Assembly: GCA_054600435.1 (NCBI GenBank)
Contig: BAAIJX010000047.1
Coordinates: 1 to 64,000 of the forward strand
Direction of reading: 5' to 3'
DNA length: 64,000 nucleotides
Source: Neophaeotheca triangularis
Lineage: Eukaryota
The notes beneath the pieces are model-generated. The model was not told the origin of the DNA. It saw nothing but the letters and a program-made list of their open reading frames with translations, and did no database searches. Below, one piece after another: positions 50,054 through 62,316 of this stretch. Position 1 is the first letter of the stretch, and each line of letters starts with the position of its first letter. The position numbers were made by a program, and so were the translations under genes.

Positions 50054-51513
50054 GGGATGGGGGAGAGGGGGAGTGGTTGTTGGGGCGCTGGGGAGAGTTG
50101 TTCTGGGGGGTTATAGAGCTATCGATGTCTTCTTTCTTTAGGCGTGTAGATATCTTGGATGGTATGGATTCTTTGGCGAGCTACTGCTGGGTTTTGTTAT
50201 TGCGCTATCGTCCCCTTCTGGCTAATGAGTGTGGTTGACGGTGCCTCTCATTACCCGTCTTGTCTGGCATGACAATAGTCCCGATCAGTGTTGATGTTAA
50301 GCGTATTAGAGTCATATGAGCCAGGTTACAGCACTCTCGCTGCCCACAGAGACGAGACTTGGTTGATTTCTTCTCGAAGAACTTGCTCTTAGGGGTGGTT
50401 TGACCTTTGTCGATAAGCATTACCTACCCAGGTAATACTGTAAGACGTGCCCACAAGACCAATCACCCATCGTCACGGTACTTCTTCCACCTCGGCATAT
50501 GTAACGCAATCATTTGCTTCATGATTTGTCGCTTAGATCCAGTACGGTCGCAGAGAATGCACGCAGAATCCTTCCCCGGCCGTTTGACGTTGATTTTCCC
50601 ATCGTGTAGGATGTCAAGAGGACAGAGAAACTCTTCATCTGTCGCCAGGGGGAGAGCAGGAAATGCTAAATTTCCAGTTACCCACCGTACTCGGCGGCGA
50701 GTAGAGTGGGCGACAAAGACGTGCTGGCCTGGGATAAAGGCAGCAACCAGGCCACTCACTATTAGCTACCGGGCTATAGGCGGTTTCAACCAAACCGGTG
50801 TCCTCTCCGCCCGGGAGCTTCGAAGAATGCACAGGATAGCTACAACATCGTCATGACCACCAACTCATCCATCAAAGCAGGTCGCACAAACAATGCTCAA
50901 CCTCAAACCAGCCAAGCCACGTGTGCAACCCACCCAGCAACAAAGAAGCACGGCGCGGAATGCTTGGCAGCCACCCAATGGGAAGCACAAACCCTTTGTA
51001 CGGCACGACGAGCTGCCGCAAACGCCGCACAACGACCAAACAAGCAGGAAAAAGCACCGGAAATGGTCACGAGCGAGCCCAGCACCTCGCTTGAACAGCC
51101 TCAGTCCGGCGAAACCGACCTTTGAGGCCAAGCATTCCTTGCTTCTTTCTGGCGCCTTTTTTCTTTCTTTCTACTCTTTTCTTTCATCGCTGGCAGTGGG
51201 GTTTGATTTAGGTATTGTCGCCCGCCATGTTCGCGCCTCCTCCGTGGCCTACGTTATCGAGAGCGCAGATTCGGGCATTGAACGTGAAACGACGACAGGC
51301 TGAGATTGGTATTTTGAGTGGCGATAGTGTTGTCAAGAAGGCGATTAGTTCCAACAATCTTCAAGTTTCGCATTTGACGGTGAGGAAGTTGAGAGCAGGC
51401 CTGTTGTCAGTGATACTGCGGAAAGTGAGAACTCGACGTTTTTCAAGTGGGAAAGAAAGCGAAGGAAAGGGAAGGGAAGGAAATTATCAGACGACGACCA
51501 GAACCACTCCAAG

Positions 51514-54015
51514 ATGCGATCATTCTGGGCGAGTAAGAAGGAGGCGGAGAAGGGAAGGGGAAGTGCCGCGACGCCACCCATGTCGCCAAAGCCATCCTAC
51601 TCACCAAGCAATTCTCCGAACGCAACTCCGTTGTCGCCTTCCAGCGCCAGTGTACGCTCTTCGGACAGCAGCAGAGATGGGCGCTCAGCGATGGAGATCC
51701 GGCTCGAGAAGCGCATGCAGGCGGAAAAGTTGGCAAAGGAGGTCCGACAGCACGCCATGGGTAATGCAGGAAAGGCCGAAGCGGCTGCCCAGAAGGAGGA
51801 GATCAAGCCTACCACGCCGAGCACGCCCATTCCTCACGCGTATCCATCACCTCAGTCTAATTCGCATTATGCGCCCGCTAAGGTCGAAGAGACTCCTAAG
51901 CCAGTTCAGACACCATCTCCGCAGAGAGACAGGAGGCAGACGAGTGCGATGGCTTCAAGATTCGATGAACCGACGTCAACTCGCAAAGCGCCTTCGAGAC
52001 CTCCCAGACCGACAGAGGCGCAACTTCCACCGCTACCACCCATGTCGCCACCGAGACATCATAGCGAAACGATACCACCTGCTTTACCTGCGTCGCCTCC
52101 ACCTAGGGCTTCGCTACCTCCAGTACCGGTGATGAGGGTGAATTCACCGCATCAGTCTCCTCCGCCCGTTCCAGACAAGTCGCCTAGACGGGTGTCAAGC
52201 ACTAAAAGGGGAGAAGAGGATCTACGGTCGCGAGGGAGGTCCCGATCGAACAGATCCGCCGAAGAGGAACTGCCAAACGCCTGGTCACAGACAACCGAAA
52301 AGTCGCTTTCAGCAGCCATAGCACAGCTCGAGCTAGACGGCACAGGACGTCCAGAAGCATCCAGAACCTCGACAGCGCCCAACTTCGTCAACAACCATCA
52401 ACTGAGCCCCATTGGACCCAAGCGCACCTTTGACCGCCAGCGAAGTGCAGGTCAAGGCAGTATTCCCAAAGCCAAAGCAAACCGCCCGCTCAGTGTGGCA
52501 AGCTCAGCCAGCAACACTAGCACCATCAGCAGCGACAACAAAGTCTCCAAATCCAACGGGAGCGTCGGCAGCCTTCCCCGCTCCAACGCGACAGCAGCCA
52601 TAAAAGCCGCTCTAGAAGACATAGGTGAGCGCGACCCTTCCCTCCGCGAAAGACGGGCGACTGACGGCGAACTCAGATCTGGCGGAGATGCGATAGCGAC
52701 GACACCGCCCGCTCAGGTTGGCGAAGACGGCTCGCCCGTGCGTTTGCCCTGGAAGCGTACCCGTAGGGGCGAAACGATGAGTATGCTGCTGGAGACGGGA
52801 TTTTTCCCACCGCCGGACGAATTGGAGGAGTTGAAGCTGAGTGTCAATCTGCGCAAAGCGATGCCCCCGAGCCTGATCAGGATTCCCGCTCAGCAGTTGA
52901 TCAAGGATAGGGAATTGCCGGATACGCCGGGGAGCATTGCGTCTACGCCGACGGAGTTGTACTCTGGAGGCATCGGATCGAAGGTCTTACCGAAACGGAT
53001 ACTGAAGACGAGAGGGAGCAGGCTGCACAAACGCAGCCCGCTAAGCAAGGTAGCCGCCACGAATGTCAAATCAAATGCGGATACTGCTTTCGACGCTGAA
53101 GCCGCCAGATTGTCTGCCATCCCGGAAAGTGCTTTGAGTGTCCTTGCTTCCAAGGAGAATTCTCCGCCTGCTTCAGTCGTCTCGTCACCCGCGCCAACAC
53201 AAATTCAACTCCGCAATGGCTCGGTCGTCACCATCAACACGCCTGAAAGCACAGCCTGGCTACGGCACGCTTACATCCAAGGACCGATAAGGCTGAACAA
53301 GACCGCTGTCACGATGCGCAAAGATTCCATCGCAAGCCTAGAGCCGTTTCAAGAGACTGTCGATCGTCTCTACCAAGACACGTTGACGATTACTCGGCGT
53401 AGAAGCGAGGATGCCACCATTGACGAGATCTGCGACTTCTTCGACGAGTTCGATTTCGAAGACATCGGGTACGGTGGCGATTCCCTCGGGGCTGAGGACG
53501 TCAACGAGCAGGAAGCCATCGAAGCCGAAGTTGATGAAATGGAACTCGATGCGAATGAGCGTTTCACGACGCCTCCCACGGAGGTGCCTTCAGACGACGA
53601 TAAAGTTGCGCCGAAACCCGTGCCCAAGCCGCCCATCCCCCCAATTCCTATAGCACCACCGGAGAGCCAGGAACAACTGCGGGTCAAAGGTATCGCGCGG
53701 CTGTCTCACCTTTCGGGCAAGTCCAACGACTCCGCACCAAGCACTCGCTCAGGCAGAGATTCGGTCATGTCAGAGGCGGCCATGACTAGCGAGGATGCAT
53801 CCAAGACACAGCAACCGGAGATTACCGTGCTCGAGATGGTGGAGGAAACGGCGGGGTACGGGGCGAGACCTGACCAGGGAGGCTTCGATTGGGATGACGA
53901 TGACGTTGAGGAGGTCGATGGCGGTTCGGCTTGGTTGGCACCTGGAACTTTGCCGCGGAATGCTGCTGGGAGAGTTTGGCGGGTTGCTAGGCATGGTATA
54001 CGTTCGAGGAGGTAA
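51514..54015 (+). CDS. Pro/Ser-rich, largely disordered hypothetical protein
   Basis: 833-aa intronless ORF with short ordered blocks (GSVVTINTPESTAW...YIQGPIRL; RRRSEDATIDEICDFF). Confidence 0.8.
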   Translation: MRSFWASKKEAEKGRGSAATPPMSPKPSYSPSNSPNATPLSPSSASVRSSDSSRDGRSAMEIRLEKRMQAEKLAKEVRQHAMGNAGKAEAAAQKEEIKPTTPSTPIPHAYPSPQSNSHYAPAKVEETPKPVQTPSPQRDRRQTSAMASRFDEPTSTRKAPSRPPRPTEAQLPPLPPMSPPRHHSETIPPALPASPPPRASLPPVPVMRVNSPHQSPPPVPDKSPRRVSSTKRGEEDLRSRGRSRSNRSAEEELPNAWSQTTEKSLSAAIAQLELDGTGRPEASRTSTAPNFVNNHQLSPIGPKRTFDRQRSAGQGSIPKAKANRPLSVASSASNTSTISSDNKVSKSNGSVGSLPRSNATAAIKAALEDIGERDPSLRERRATDGELRSGGDAIATTPPAQVGEDGSPVRLPWKRTRRGETMSMLLETGFFPPPDELEELKLSVNLRKAMPPSLIRIPAQQLIKDRELPDTPGSIASTPTELYSGGIGSKVLPKRILKTRGSRLHKRSPLSKVAATNVKSNADTAFDAEAARLSAIPESALSVLASKENSPPASVVSSPAPTQIQLRNGSVVTINTPESTAWLRHAYIQGPIRLNKTAVTMRKDSIASLEPFQETVDRLYQDTLTITRRRSEDATIDEICDFFDEFDFEDIGYGGDSLGAEDVNEQEAIEAEVDEMELDANERFTTPPTEVPSDDDKVAPKPVPKPPIPPIPIAPPESQEQLRVKGIARLSHLSGKSNDSAPSTRSGRDSVMSEAAMTSEDASKTQQPEITVLEMVEETAGYGARPDQGGFDWDDDDVEEVDGGSAWLAPGTLPRNAAGRVWRVARHGIRSRR

Positions 54016-54678
54016 GAAAGACCTCATCAGGAGTGGTTTTTAGTTGTAGCGGTACGTGGTATAGTAGTCCTCCTAAGATATAGTCCTGAATATTTTTGTT
54101 TGAGCCTTGAACATCAGTGCCACAGCGGCTTTCCAATGACTGTCTTTGTAGCCATGTCGGTGTAATGCAGAGCTCTTTGGTCAAACATTTCGAGTTTATT
54201 GGCAGTCAAGCTGGGTCGAGGCCGTATTGCCGCAGCGACTCGAGGAAACGCAGGCGTCTCATTCTCACTCAACAGCTTGAGCTCCTGTACCTGCGAGCAT
54301 TCCTTGCTGTTGGCTGGTGATGAAGTAGCACATGTGGGAATGGAGAGGTGAGGTGTGGTTGTAAGGGCCGGATGTAAGTGGAGGTGGAGGTGAAAGTGAA
54401 GTCGGTTGGAGCCGATGTGCGGAGAAATCCCCAGCCCCCCTCATCCCTTTTCCCCCGGGGGACCGTCGGGGCGACCCACCGGAAGTCCAACGACATGCGC
54501 ATCGTGCAAGCTGCACCTTTCCCTCACCCCGAGCATGACAGGACCATGACATGATGTGACCCTGCTGGGCAGCCAAGACCAGACCATGTCCTTATCTGGA
54601 GAGAGAGGCACAATGGAGAGGAGAGAGTGTCCCTCATTCTCACCTACTTATCTTCCCTAACGTCCAGCACAATCCACA

Positions 54679-56829
54679 ATGGCAAAACAGTTCCAATGGG
54701 TAACTCCATCACTGATCGTTGGCTTCCAAGTCCTCGAATCCGGCCCTATCTGTATCAGCAATGTGCGCTCTTCGGGGCTTGATGAAGCCGCCAATTCATG
54801 GCCATCAGCGTCGCTGCTGCCAATGCATCAGCTTCGTCTTGCCGGAGAGGGCAACTTCAACATGGCCAAATCGTCGAAAGCCATGGTATCGACGTACGTG
54901 TCAACAAGGCTACATTACACGGGACATCGCCAATACGAGGAAGCTGGTGTGAGCTATTGTGAAATCGACACTAAAGACTCAGATTCTTTGATGCGTGTCT
55001 CTTCGAAACTCAGCGTTTATCCCAGCTCTCCCGTGCTACGAGCCGAAACAACCGTTTATAATGACTCCGAAGCAACTGCGACGATCACGTCTCTACCTTC
55101 GCTGGTCATTGGGGGGTTGACAAGAGGCTCTGAGGAATGGTGGCACGACTTTAAGCTGTCCGACGCAACCAACAGTTGGTTCAGAGAGGCCATGTGGAGG
55201 CAGCATCATCTATCGGACATTGGACTCGGTCCCTGCGGGATATGGCGACCGCCGGGTGGATGTCCGGCATCTTTCGCTACCTATTCTCTTTCGAATTTGG
55301 GATCCTTTTCGACCGGCAGTTACTTACCCATGGGTGCACTACACAACAAAGCCAGCTCCGAGACTTGGGCATGGCAGGTTGAACACAATGGCTCGTGGAA
55401 GTGGGAGGTTGGCGACTGGGAGGGAAACATATACCTTGCCGCAGGCGGACCAAACTCCAACGATCATCATTGTAAACATCGTTTGGCTCCAGGAGAATCG
55501 GTCTGTTCTGTGCCTGTAGCCTTGTGCCACGTTGCAGGTGGACCGACTACCGCTTTCCAAGCCTTGACTACCTACCGCCGAAGCATGCGTCGATATCATC
55601 TTGACAACCAGGAGATGCCCATAATCTTCAACGACTACATGAATTGCTTGATGGGCGACCCAACGGAAGATAAAGTCAGCGCCCTAATCGAACCTGCAGC
55701 TCGCATGGGTTGCGATATCTTCGTGATCGATGCTGGCTGGTATGCCGACGATGGTAATTGGTGGGACGATATTGGAGTTTGGGAACCTTCCAAGTCCCGG
55801 TTTCCTTCGGGTTTGCAGCAACTCACCGCAAAGATCAAGAAAAAGGGGTTAATCCTTGGAGCATGGCTCGAGCCTGAATCCATTGGAGTCAAATCATCCA
55901 TGGCTTCTACCCTCCCAGACGAAGCCTTTTTCCAAGAAGACGGACACAGGATCATCGAACGGGACCGCTACCAACTAGACTTTCGTCATCCCTCAGTCAT
56001 TGAGCATCTGAGCAACGTCGTCGACCGTCTAGTCAATCAATACCACTTGCGCTACTTCAAGTTCGACTACAACATAGAAATAATCCAGGGCACCGACACA
56101 GGCGGCGAGAACCCAGGAGCCGCCTTCCTCGCCCACAACCGCGCATATCTCAGATGGGTCTCGACCTTATTCGACAAGTATCCAGATTTAGTCATCGAAA
56201 GCTGCTCGAGTGGCGCTCAGCGAATGGACTATGCAATGCTATCGGTACACCCAATCCAATCCACCAGCGATCAAGAAGACCCAGCCATGTACGCGCCAAT
56301 CGCCGCAGCGCTCCCAACAGCAGTCGCTCCCGAACAGAGCGCCACCTGGGCCTACCCTCAACCAGGCTGGAGCGATGAGACCAACGTCCTGACCGTCATC
56401 AACAGCATGCTAGGCCGTTTCTACCTGAGCGGCCACATAGCAGAGCTCTCCGAGCACCAGTTCAAGCTTGTCCAAGAAGGCGTGCGAGTCTTCAAAAGCA
56501 TTCGTGCGGATATCCGCACCGGGGTACCTTTCTGGCCTTTGGGCTTACCCGGCTGGCACGATGACTGGGTGGCACTCGGTTTGATGTCCGAGGACCACGC
56601 ATACCTGTCGGTTTGGCGCCGAGGCGGTAAGACGAGCTGTGATATCCCGCTAGCGGATCTTCCGCGTGAGAAATGGGAGGGCATGAGTCTTGATCTGCTG
56701 TATCCAAAACACTTCGAGCGGGATTGCGACGTTACTCGTTCTCAGACCCCTGGGCAGCCGGGTTCTTTCACGTTGCGCTTCCACGGGCTACCTGACACTG
56801 CATGTGCGCGCTTTTTCCAGCTGTATTGA
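54679..56829 (+). CDS. GH36 alpha-galactosidase, intracellular
   Basis: IIFNDYMNCL, FVIDAGWY, GAWLEPE, YFKFDYN (nucleophile Asp), ESCSSGAQRMD and STSDQ; no signal peptide or introns. Confidence 0.92.
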   Translation: MAKQFQWVTPSLIVGFQVLESGPICISNVRSSGLDEAANSWPSASLLPMHQLRLAGEGNFNMAKSSKAMVSTYVSTRLHYTGHRQYEEAGVSYCEIDTKDSDSLMRVSSKLSVYPSSPVLRAETTVYNDSEATATITSLPSLVIGGLTRGSEEWWHDFKLSDATNSWFREAMWRQHHLSDIGLGPCGIWRPPGGCPASFATYSLSNLGSFSTGSYLPMGALHNKASSETWAWQVEHNGSWKWEVGDWEGNIYLAAGGPNSNDHHCKHRLAPGESVCSVPVALCHVAGGPTTAFQALTTYRRSMRRYHLDNQEMPIIFNDYMNCLMGDPTEDKVSALIEPAARMGCDIFVIDAGWYADDGNWWDDIGVWEPSKSRFPSGLQQLTAKIKKKGLILGAWLEPESIGVKSSMASTLPDEAFFQEDGHRIIERDRYQLDFRHPSVIEHLSNVVDRLVNQYHLRYFKFDYNIEIIQGTDTGGENPGAAFLAHNRAYLRWVSTLFDKYPDLVIESCSSGAQRMDYAMLSVHPIQSTSDQEDPAMYAPIAAALPTAVAPEQSATWAYPQPGWSDETNVLTVINSMLGRFYLSGHIAELSEHQFKLVQEGVRVFKSIRADIRTGVPFWPLGLPGWHDDWVALGLMSEDHAYLSVWRRGGKTSCDIPLADLPREKWEGMSLDLLYPKHFERDCDVTRSQTPGQPGSFTLRFHGLPDTACARFFQLY

Positions 56830-57204
56830 GAATTGATATGGCTGCGCACTAGTAACTCTTGGGCATATCACGGAAGAAAACTAGTAGACTCTTACGATGG
56901 TGTCGAACCTCAATGAACCGATGGAGGTGTTGACAAAGACTGTCCATAGATAGATCAAATAGTTTTGTCTTTACTACGAGTAACTTGTACACGTATCCTC
57001 CCAGATCTACGCTTCACCGCCGGCACCTAAACGTACGATTCTTATCAAATTTCCTCGTTCGGTATCGTTCTTAGTTGAATTAGAAGGAACGAAGACATCG
57101 ATTGCAGCAAAAAGGCTCTCTCAGCACTTGAGCATCGACCAACTCAAAGGGTCCGCCTTACGATAAACTAGACACGATACCTGCAGTCCTCTAAAGCGTC
57201 GTTC

Positions 57205-59088
57205 TCAAGCATAATTCGGGTCATCAGCTTTCTCGGCGGGAAGATTGTTCTCATCATCAAACTCATCAATCTTAGTCGTCTTGAACTTGCGAGCCGGCAC
57301 CTCCTTCATGAACAGGAGATCCAAAGCAGCGAAACTGCGGTCTCGGGTCTCGGGCAAGCGGAAGTAGATCCAGACGAATGTGAGAGCGGAGAGGCCGGCC
57401 TGTTGTTTTAGGATTAGCTCAGTCGTTTTGTCAAGTAGATGTTAAAACCCGAGGTGGTGAGGCTTACGTAGAAGTACCCGACTTTGCCCTGCCAGTTCCC
57501 TTCGGTGGGGTTCACCATGTAAGGGTACGCGGCCATGTTGAAGATCTGGCTGATGTAGTAGGCAATGCGAGCGAGACAGATGGATTTCGATCGAAGGCTT
57601 AGCGATGGCGTTTCGCCGATGATGGCATAGCAGACGGGCCCGAGGGTTGAGTAGAAAAGCACTTCCCAGACCAATACTAACCCGGCTTGCGCGTAGCTAG
57701 CTCCCGGGGAGTCGCTAACGGAGTCGATAATGCCGATGGTCAGGAGCAGTATGGTGAGCGCTGCTGTGGGCCAGAGGTATAGCGCTCGGCGACCAAGTTT
57801 GCCAATGAGGTACCAAGAGATGATGACGCCGACGGAAGCGAGACCCAGGGCGCCGGTGGCGAAGTTGAAGGATTCGGCTGAGGAGACGCCGGCCTGGAGG
57901 AAGAAGTAGGTTGGAGTGCCACCGATGGCGACGCCGGTGGTGTTCTGCGCTGCCCAGACGCAGCAGACGATTTCCGTGCGCCGCTTGTTAGTACCTCTAA
58001 AGCAGTCGCGGTAGCTGGAGCCGAGCCCGGAGTGGTCTTCTATATCGTTGGTGTGCTGGACCATGGCCAAAGTTTTGTCGCGATCCATTGGGTAGGACTT
58101 TGTCGTGATCCTGGTTAGGACGTGTTTTGCTTCTTCCAGCAAACCTCTGCGCGCCAACCAATATGGAGATTCGGGTGCAAACCAGAAAACTGCAATCAGA
58201 GGCAAAGGCCAAATCCATTGAATCGCAAAGGGAATCCGGAATGCCCACTCATCCGGTCGAGATTCCATACCGTTCAGCACACCGGCGCTCATGAGTTGAC
58301 CCAAAGCCCAGCACAGGCAGACGTAGTTGGCCAAGTAACCTCGTAGTTTGATGGGACAGATTTCCGATGCATAAGCGGGGGCCATGGTTGCAAAGACACC
58401 CCAGGGTAACCCGCAGAGTACTTGACCCGCCATGAGCATGCCTAGTCTTTGGGCGAAGAAGGTCACAAAGATGAAGAGCGTTACCGATACCATCGACACG
58501 AGAAGGGTCTTGCGGTAACCAAACCGGTGGGTCAACCTGTCAAGTTTAGCCACTGCTACTCAGGTTGCTTCTGCATGAAACTCACCAGCCGTTAGCAAAG
58601 GCACCGACTATATTGCCAATAGCTGTAGCGCAACCCATTCCTAGGAAACTGTCAGTCGCTCAGCGAAGAGAAATCTATTGTTTTAGTGACAACTCACCCA
58701 CTTGCCACGGCCCCGTGATCTGCCACCCGAGGTCGTCGCCAAAATACGATCCATAATAGCGTTGGAAAGCCGGCTGAGCCATCATGTTGCCGATCAGTAC
58801 GATATCGTAACCCCTATCAGAGGTGAGCATTCGGGAGAAGACTAAAGGTCATAACGCAGGGTATACCCACTCCATGACAATAGAAGTCGATACTGCAACA
58901 GACCAAAAGACCGCCCAAGGGTACAATCTGAGGGCCTGGCGGACAGTCATGTTTTGTTCGAAATCCGTCGCCTCTTTCGCCCTACTCATGAAGTCGTCGG
59001 CATGGTCCACAGAGGATTTCTTTTCGACATGGTCGTCCGCTGCTGTCTTTTCGACAAACGGCTCGGGATTTGTTGGTAGCGAAGTCAT
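57205..59088 (-). CDS. MFS sugar porter, maltose/alpha-glucoside permease-like
   Basis: AVFWSVAVSTSIVME, RFGYRK, AYASEICP, PESPYWL, CYAIIGE...LRSKSI and RLPETRDRSF; several introns. Confidence 0.93.
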
Positions 59089-59831
59089 AGCTCTATCGGA
59101 TCGTTGGCGCAGAGAAGTTCAACATCTGACGATCGGTATAAGGTGAAGACTCGGGAGATTCGTGGGAGCATCGCAAACCCTTTAAAGGATGATCAAACTG
59201 GAGAAAACGGAGTTCTTTCGAATCATGGCGGCCCCGATGATCCCCGTTCCCATGTGAGTAGTCCATGGCTTTCGGTATACGCCTTTCGCGTGGTAGGATT
59301 GGTAGTCTTTCCGCGCAGTCATGTCTCTCCACGCCGATCCCCGCATTTCCCCACGCCCTAAGAGCAATTCAGCTGGGGACAGAAAAGGGGTTGCGGAAGT
59401 ACAGCCATCTCCCCTCCGGTGGGGCTACTTCTGGTCCCAATGGCTGTGTGCAATCTTGAGTCAGTGAGTGTTGTGCAATCCAAGGACAAGAGCCTTAGCC
59501 ATGCACTTGGACCAGCGGTCTACCAATTATATAGCTGTCTCCTCCGCTACGTAGGTCCCATGATAGCCGGAGGGGGGGTGCGGGGTCGCCTAAAGAAAAC
59601 CTGGGAAAACTTGGACGCGAGATATGGTCCTAGATCTATGCCCCAAGCGCCAAAGTCGACTTCCAGAGGGATCCTGTTATTGATAGGAACACAAGTTCAC
59701 AGGTCGTACGCAGTGATACCACGGAATGTATCAGCCCGGTCGGTAATACCGCAGCTCATTCTAGGACCTAACTCATTCTGCATGCCTCCTCCAAGCATAG
59801 TAACGGCCATAGAACATCGCCCAGACCACTT

Positions 59832-62316
59832 TTACTCGGAAACGACAAGCTCAAAAGAGGTTTCCCCAACGATATCACGGCTACTAGCACCCAAGTAGAC
59901 CTTGTATTCACCCTCGTAGATGCGCCAAGCCTGCGCGACAGTTTCCCAAACACTCAGATCTCGACGCTGGAGCGTGAAAGACAACGACTTGGTCTCACGG
60001 CATTGGAGGAAGACTTTCTGGTACCCACGAAGCTGCTTGGCCGGACTCATTGACGCTTCGGGGAAGCCAAGGTAGAGTTGAGCGATCTCGCTACCTGCCA
60101 TGTCTCCAGAATTTGTGACTGTGGCCTCGATGGTGACGAGCTCGTCGAACAAATCTTCTGGACCGCCTTCCACTGTCTTACCAGTGGCGTAGGCGGCAGA
60201 CTTCGAGTCGTGCGATGGCTGCTTTGTGACCTTGGGATCTTCGTAGCTGTACGTGGTGTACGACAAACCGAAGCCAAACTCGAACCGAGGCTCGATGTTC
60301 GCCTGGTCGAAGTGTCGGTAGTCGATGTATAAGCCCTCGGTGTAGTCGCATTCGCAGCAGGGGCAGATTTCGCCGTTGTAGTCATCTGCGTCCTTGGCAA
60401 CCGTGTAGACCAATTTGGCAGAAGGGTTGACGTCGCCAAAAAGCACGTCCATGATGGCGTGCCCGCTCTCTTGGCCGAGGGTACCGGCATTTAGGACGGC
60501 CTGGGTCGCATATGTATTAGTGTGGAAAATGGGCGCGAGAGGTAAGGAAGAAAAGACTTACGGTGACGTTGGGGTTTTCAATCCAGGCATCTACCAATCG
60601 GACACCTGCGTTGTTCATGACGACGATTGTGCTGTCGCAATAGCTCGCCACATCATTCACGAGCTGGTCTTGTACATCGTTGGTTGATTCCCTTCTATCG
60701 TGGCCTTCTTTAGCGAAGGCTTTAAATGAAGACAAGGCAGTGGTCCGTCTCGCTAGCGTAACTAGACACTGAGACAGGTTGGAGAAAGCTCAAAAAGTCG
60801 GGTCCGGACGATCCCTCTGGCGTCACAGTGTAGTTGTCGGAAATGATGTACCGTAGGCCAAACCCCGAACCTTCCCTGGCTCGCTCGGTGATTGCGTCCA
60901 GAGGAGTGACAAGGTAGGGGTTAGGCGCTGGAGAACCACCGCCGGTAGAGAGATGGCCTTCGAAAGTTTCTCCTTGGTAATCGCGGAAGTTGGATGCCAT
61001 TGCAGGACCAGTGATTGGGTTTGCAGCATCGAGTCCGAAGACTCCGATGGAGGTAACATTGGAGAGCGGGAGGGTATTCTTTTCATTCTTGAGAAGCACG
61101 ATACTCTGAGCGCCGGCATGGCGGATGAAGTCCTGGCTATCGGCTTCCCGCACATTGACGACTTCCATATCATCGACGTCAGGATACTCACTTGGCGGGA
61201 AGTTGAAGTTCAGATTGGTGGCAACGATGCGCAATGCATTTTCCCGAATGCTGTTCGGAGAGACAGTGCCGTTCTCGACCAGCTCTGTAATGCTGTCAAG
61301 ATCTAAGCCGGTATTCCAGTCTAGGCCATGGAGCAGACCCGCGGTCTGATTGACCGGAGCTGAAGCGTCAGGAAGGATGAAGCCTGCAAACCCGTTAGCA
61401 CCGACTGCCAATTCAAGGATGCCCTTTACGAGCAAGCTGTAAAACGCAAAGTTCTCATGACGTCTGTAAAAGTACCTTTGAAGCCGGATTCTTCTTTCAA
61501 GATCTTGTTCTGAAGATGGTCGTTCTCGCAACCGATCGTACCTATTGTTCGATAGTGAGTAACGGCTCGCGTCGATCAAAGGCGGTGATAAGGGCTTCAT
61601 ACCGTTGACCCTGTTCATCACACACATCACCGAGCCCATTCCGGCACGGATACCATCGATCCAGGGCCAGAGGTACACCTCGTGCAAAGTACGGTCGTCG
61701 AGATTGGAGGAAGTACGATCTTCAGCGAGGCTCGCTGTTCGATTAGTTTCCTGTTCGTTGGCCAGATAGTGCTTTCCAGACGAAACCACTCCTTGCTTCT
61801 GTATCGCAGCTACGCCGGCGCCGAAGAGGCGTCCACTGAGCCAGACATCGCTGCCAAAGTTCTCGAAGAGCCGTGCACCGTAGGCGCTCCGGCCTGAAGG
61901 CCCGGTCGATGGACCAAGACTGCCACGGCACCGTAAGCATTCATCCACGACTGAGGCTCGTTATGCTTTGCTTACAGCACTTCGAAGCCCTTGTTCCGAA
62001 ACTCGCGGGCCATGCGGGCATACTGCTCGGCGACGAGATCAGCGTCCCACGATGCAGCCAGTGTTTGCGGTGTCACCCAGCCCGAGACTCCCCTCCCGTT
62101 GGAGTACCCGGCAGGCCCATCAGAGAGCGTGTATGGCTCGAAACCAGGAGCAGAACCATCTCGGATCGTGACCTTGGCTTGTTGTTCGATCGTCCATGAT
62201 GAAATGAGCTCCTCGGCCTCTGCGTATGCTCGGCCCCAGTCCATGTACGGGCGCTGGCATAGCACTGACGGAAAGAAAGCGAGCGCGGTGGCGCAGGTAG
62301 CAGAAGAGGGGAACAT
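59832..62316 (-). CDS. Secreted GH3 beta-glucosidase-like enzyme
   Basis: Signal MFPSSATCATALAFFPSVLC; SDGPAG, KHYLANEQET, SIVLLKN, YTEGLYIDYRHFD, FGFGLSYT and FnIII-like KQLRGYQKV; several introns. Confidence 0.92.
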
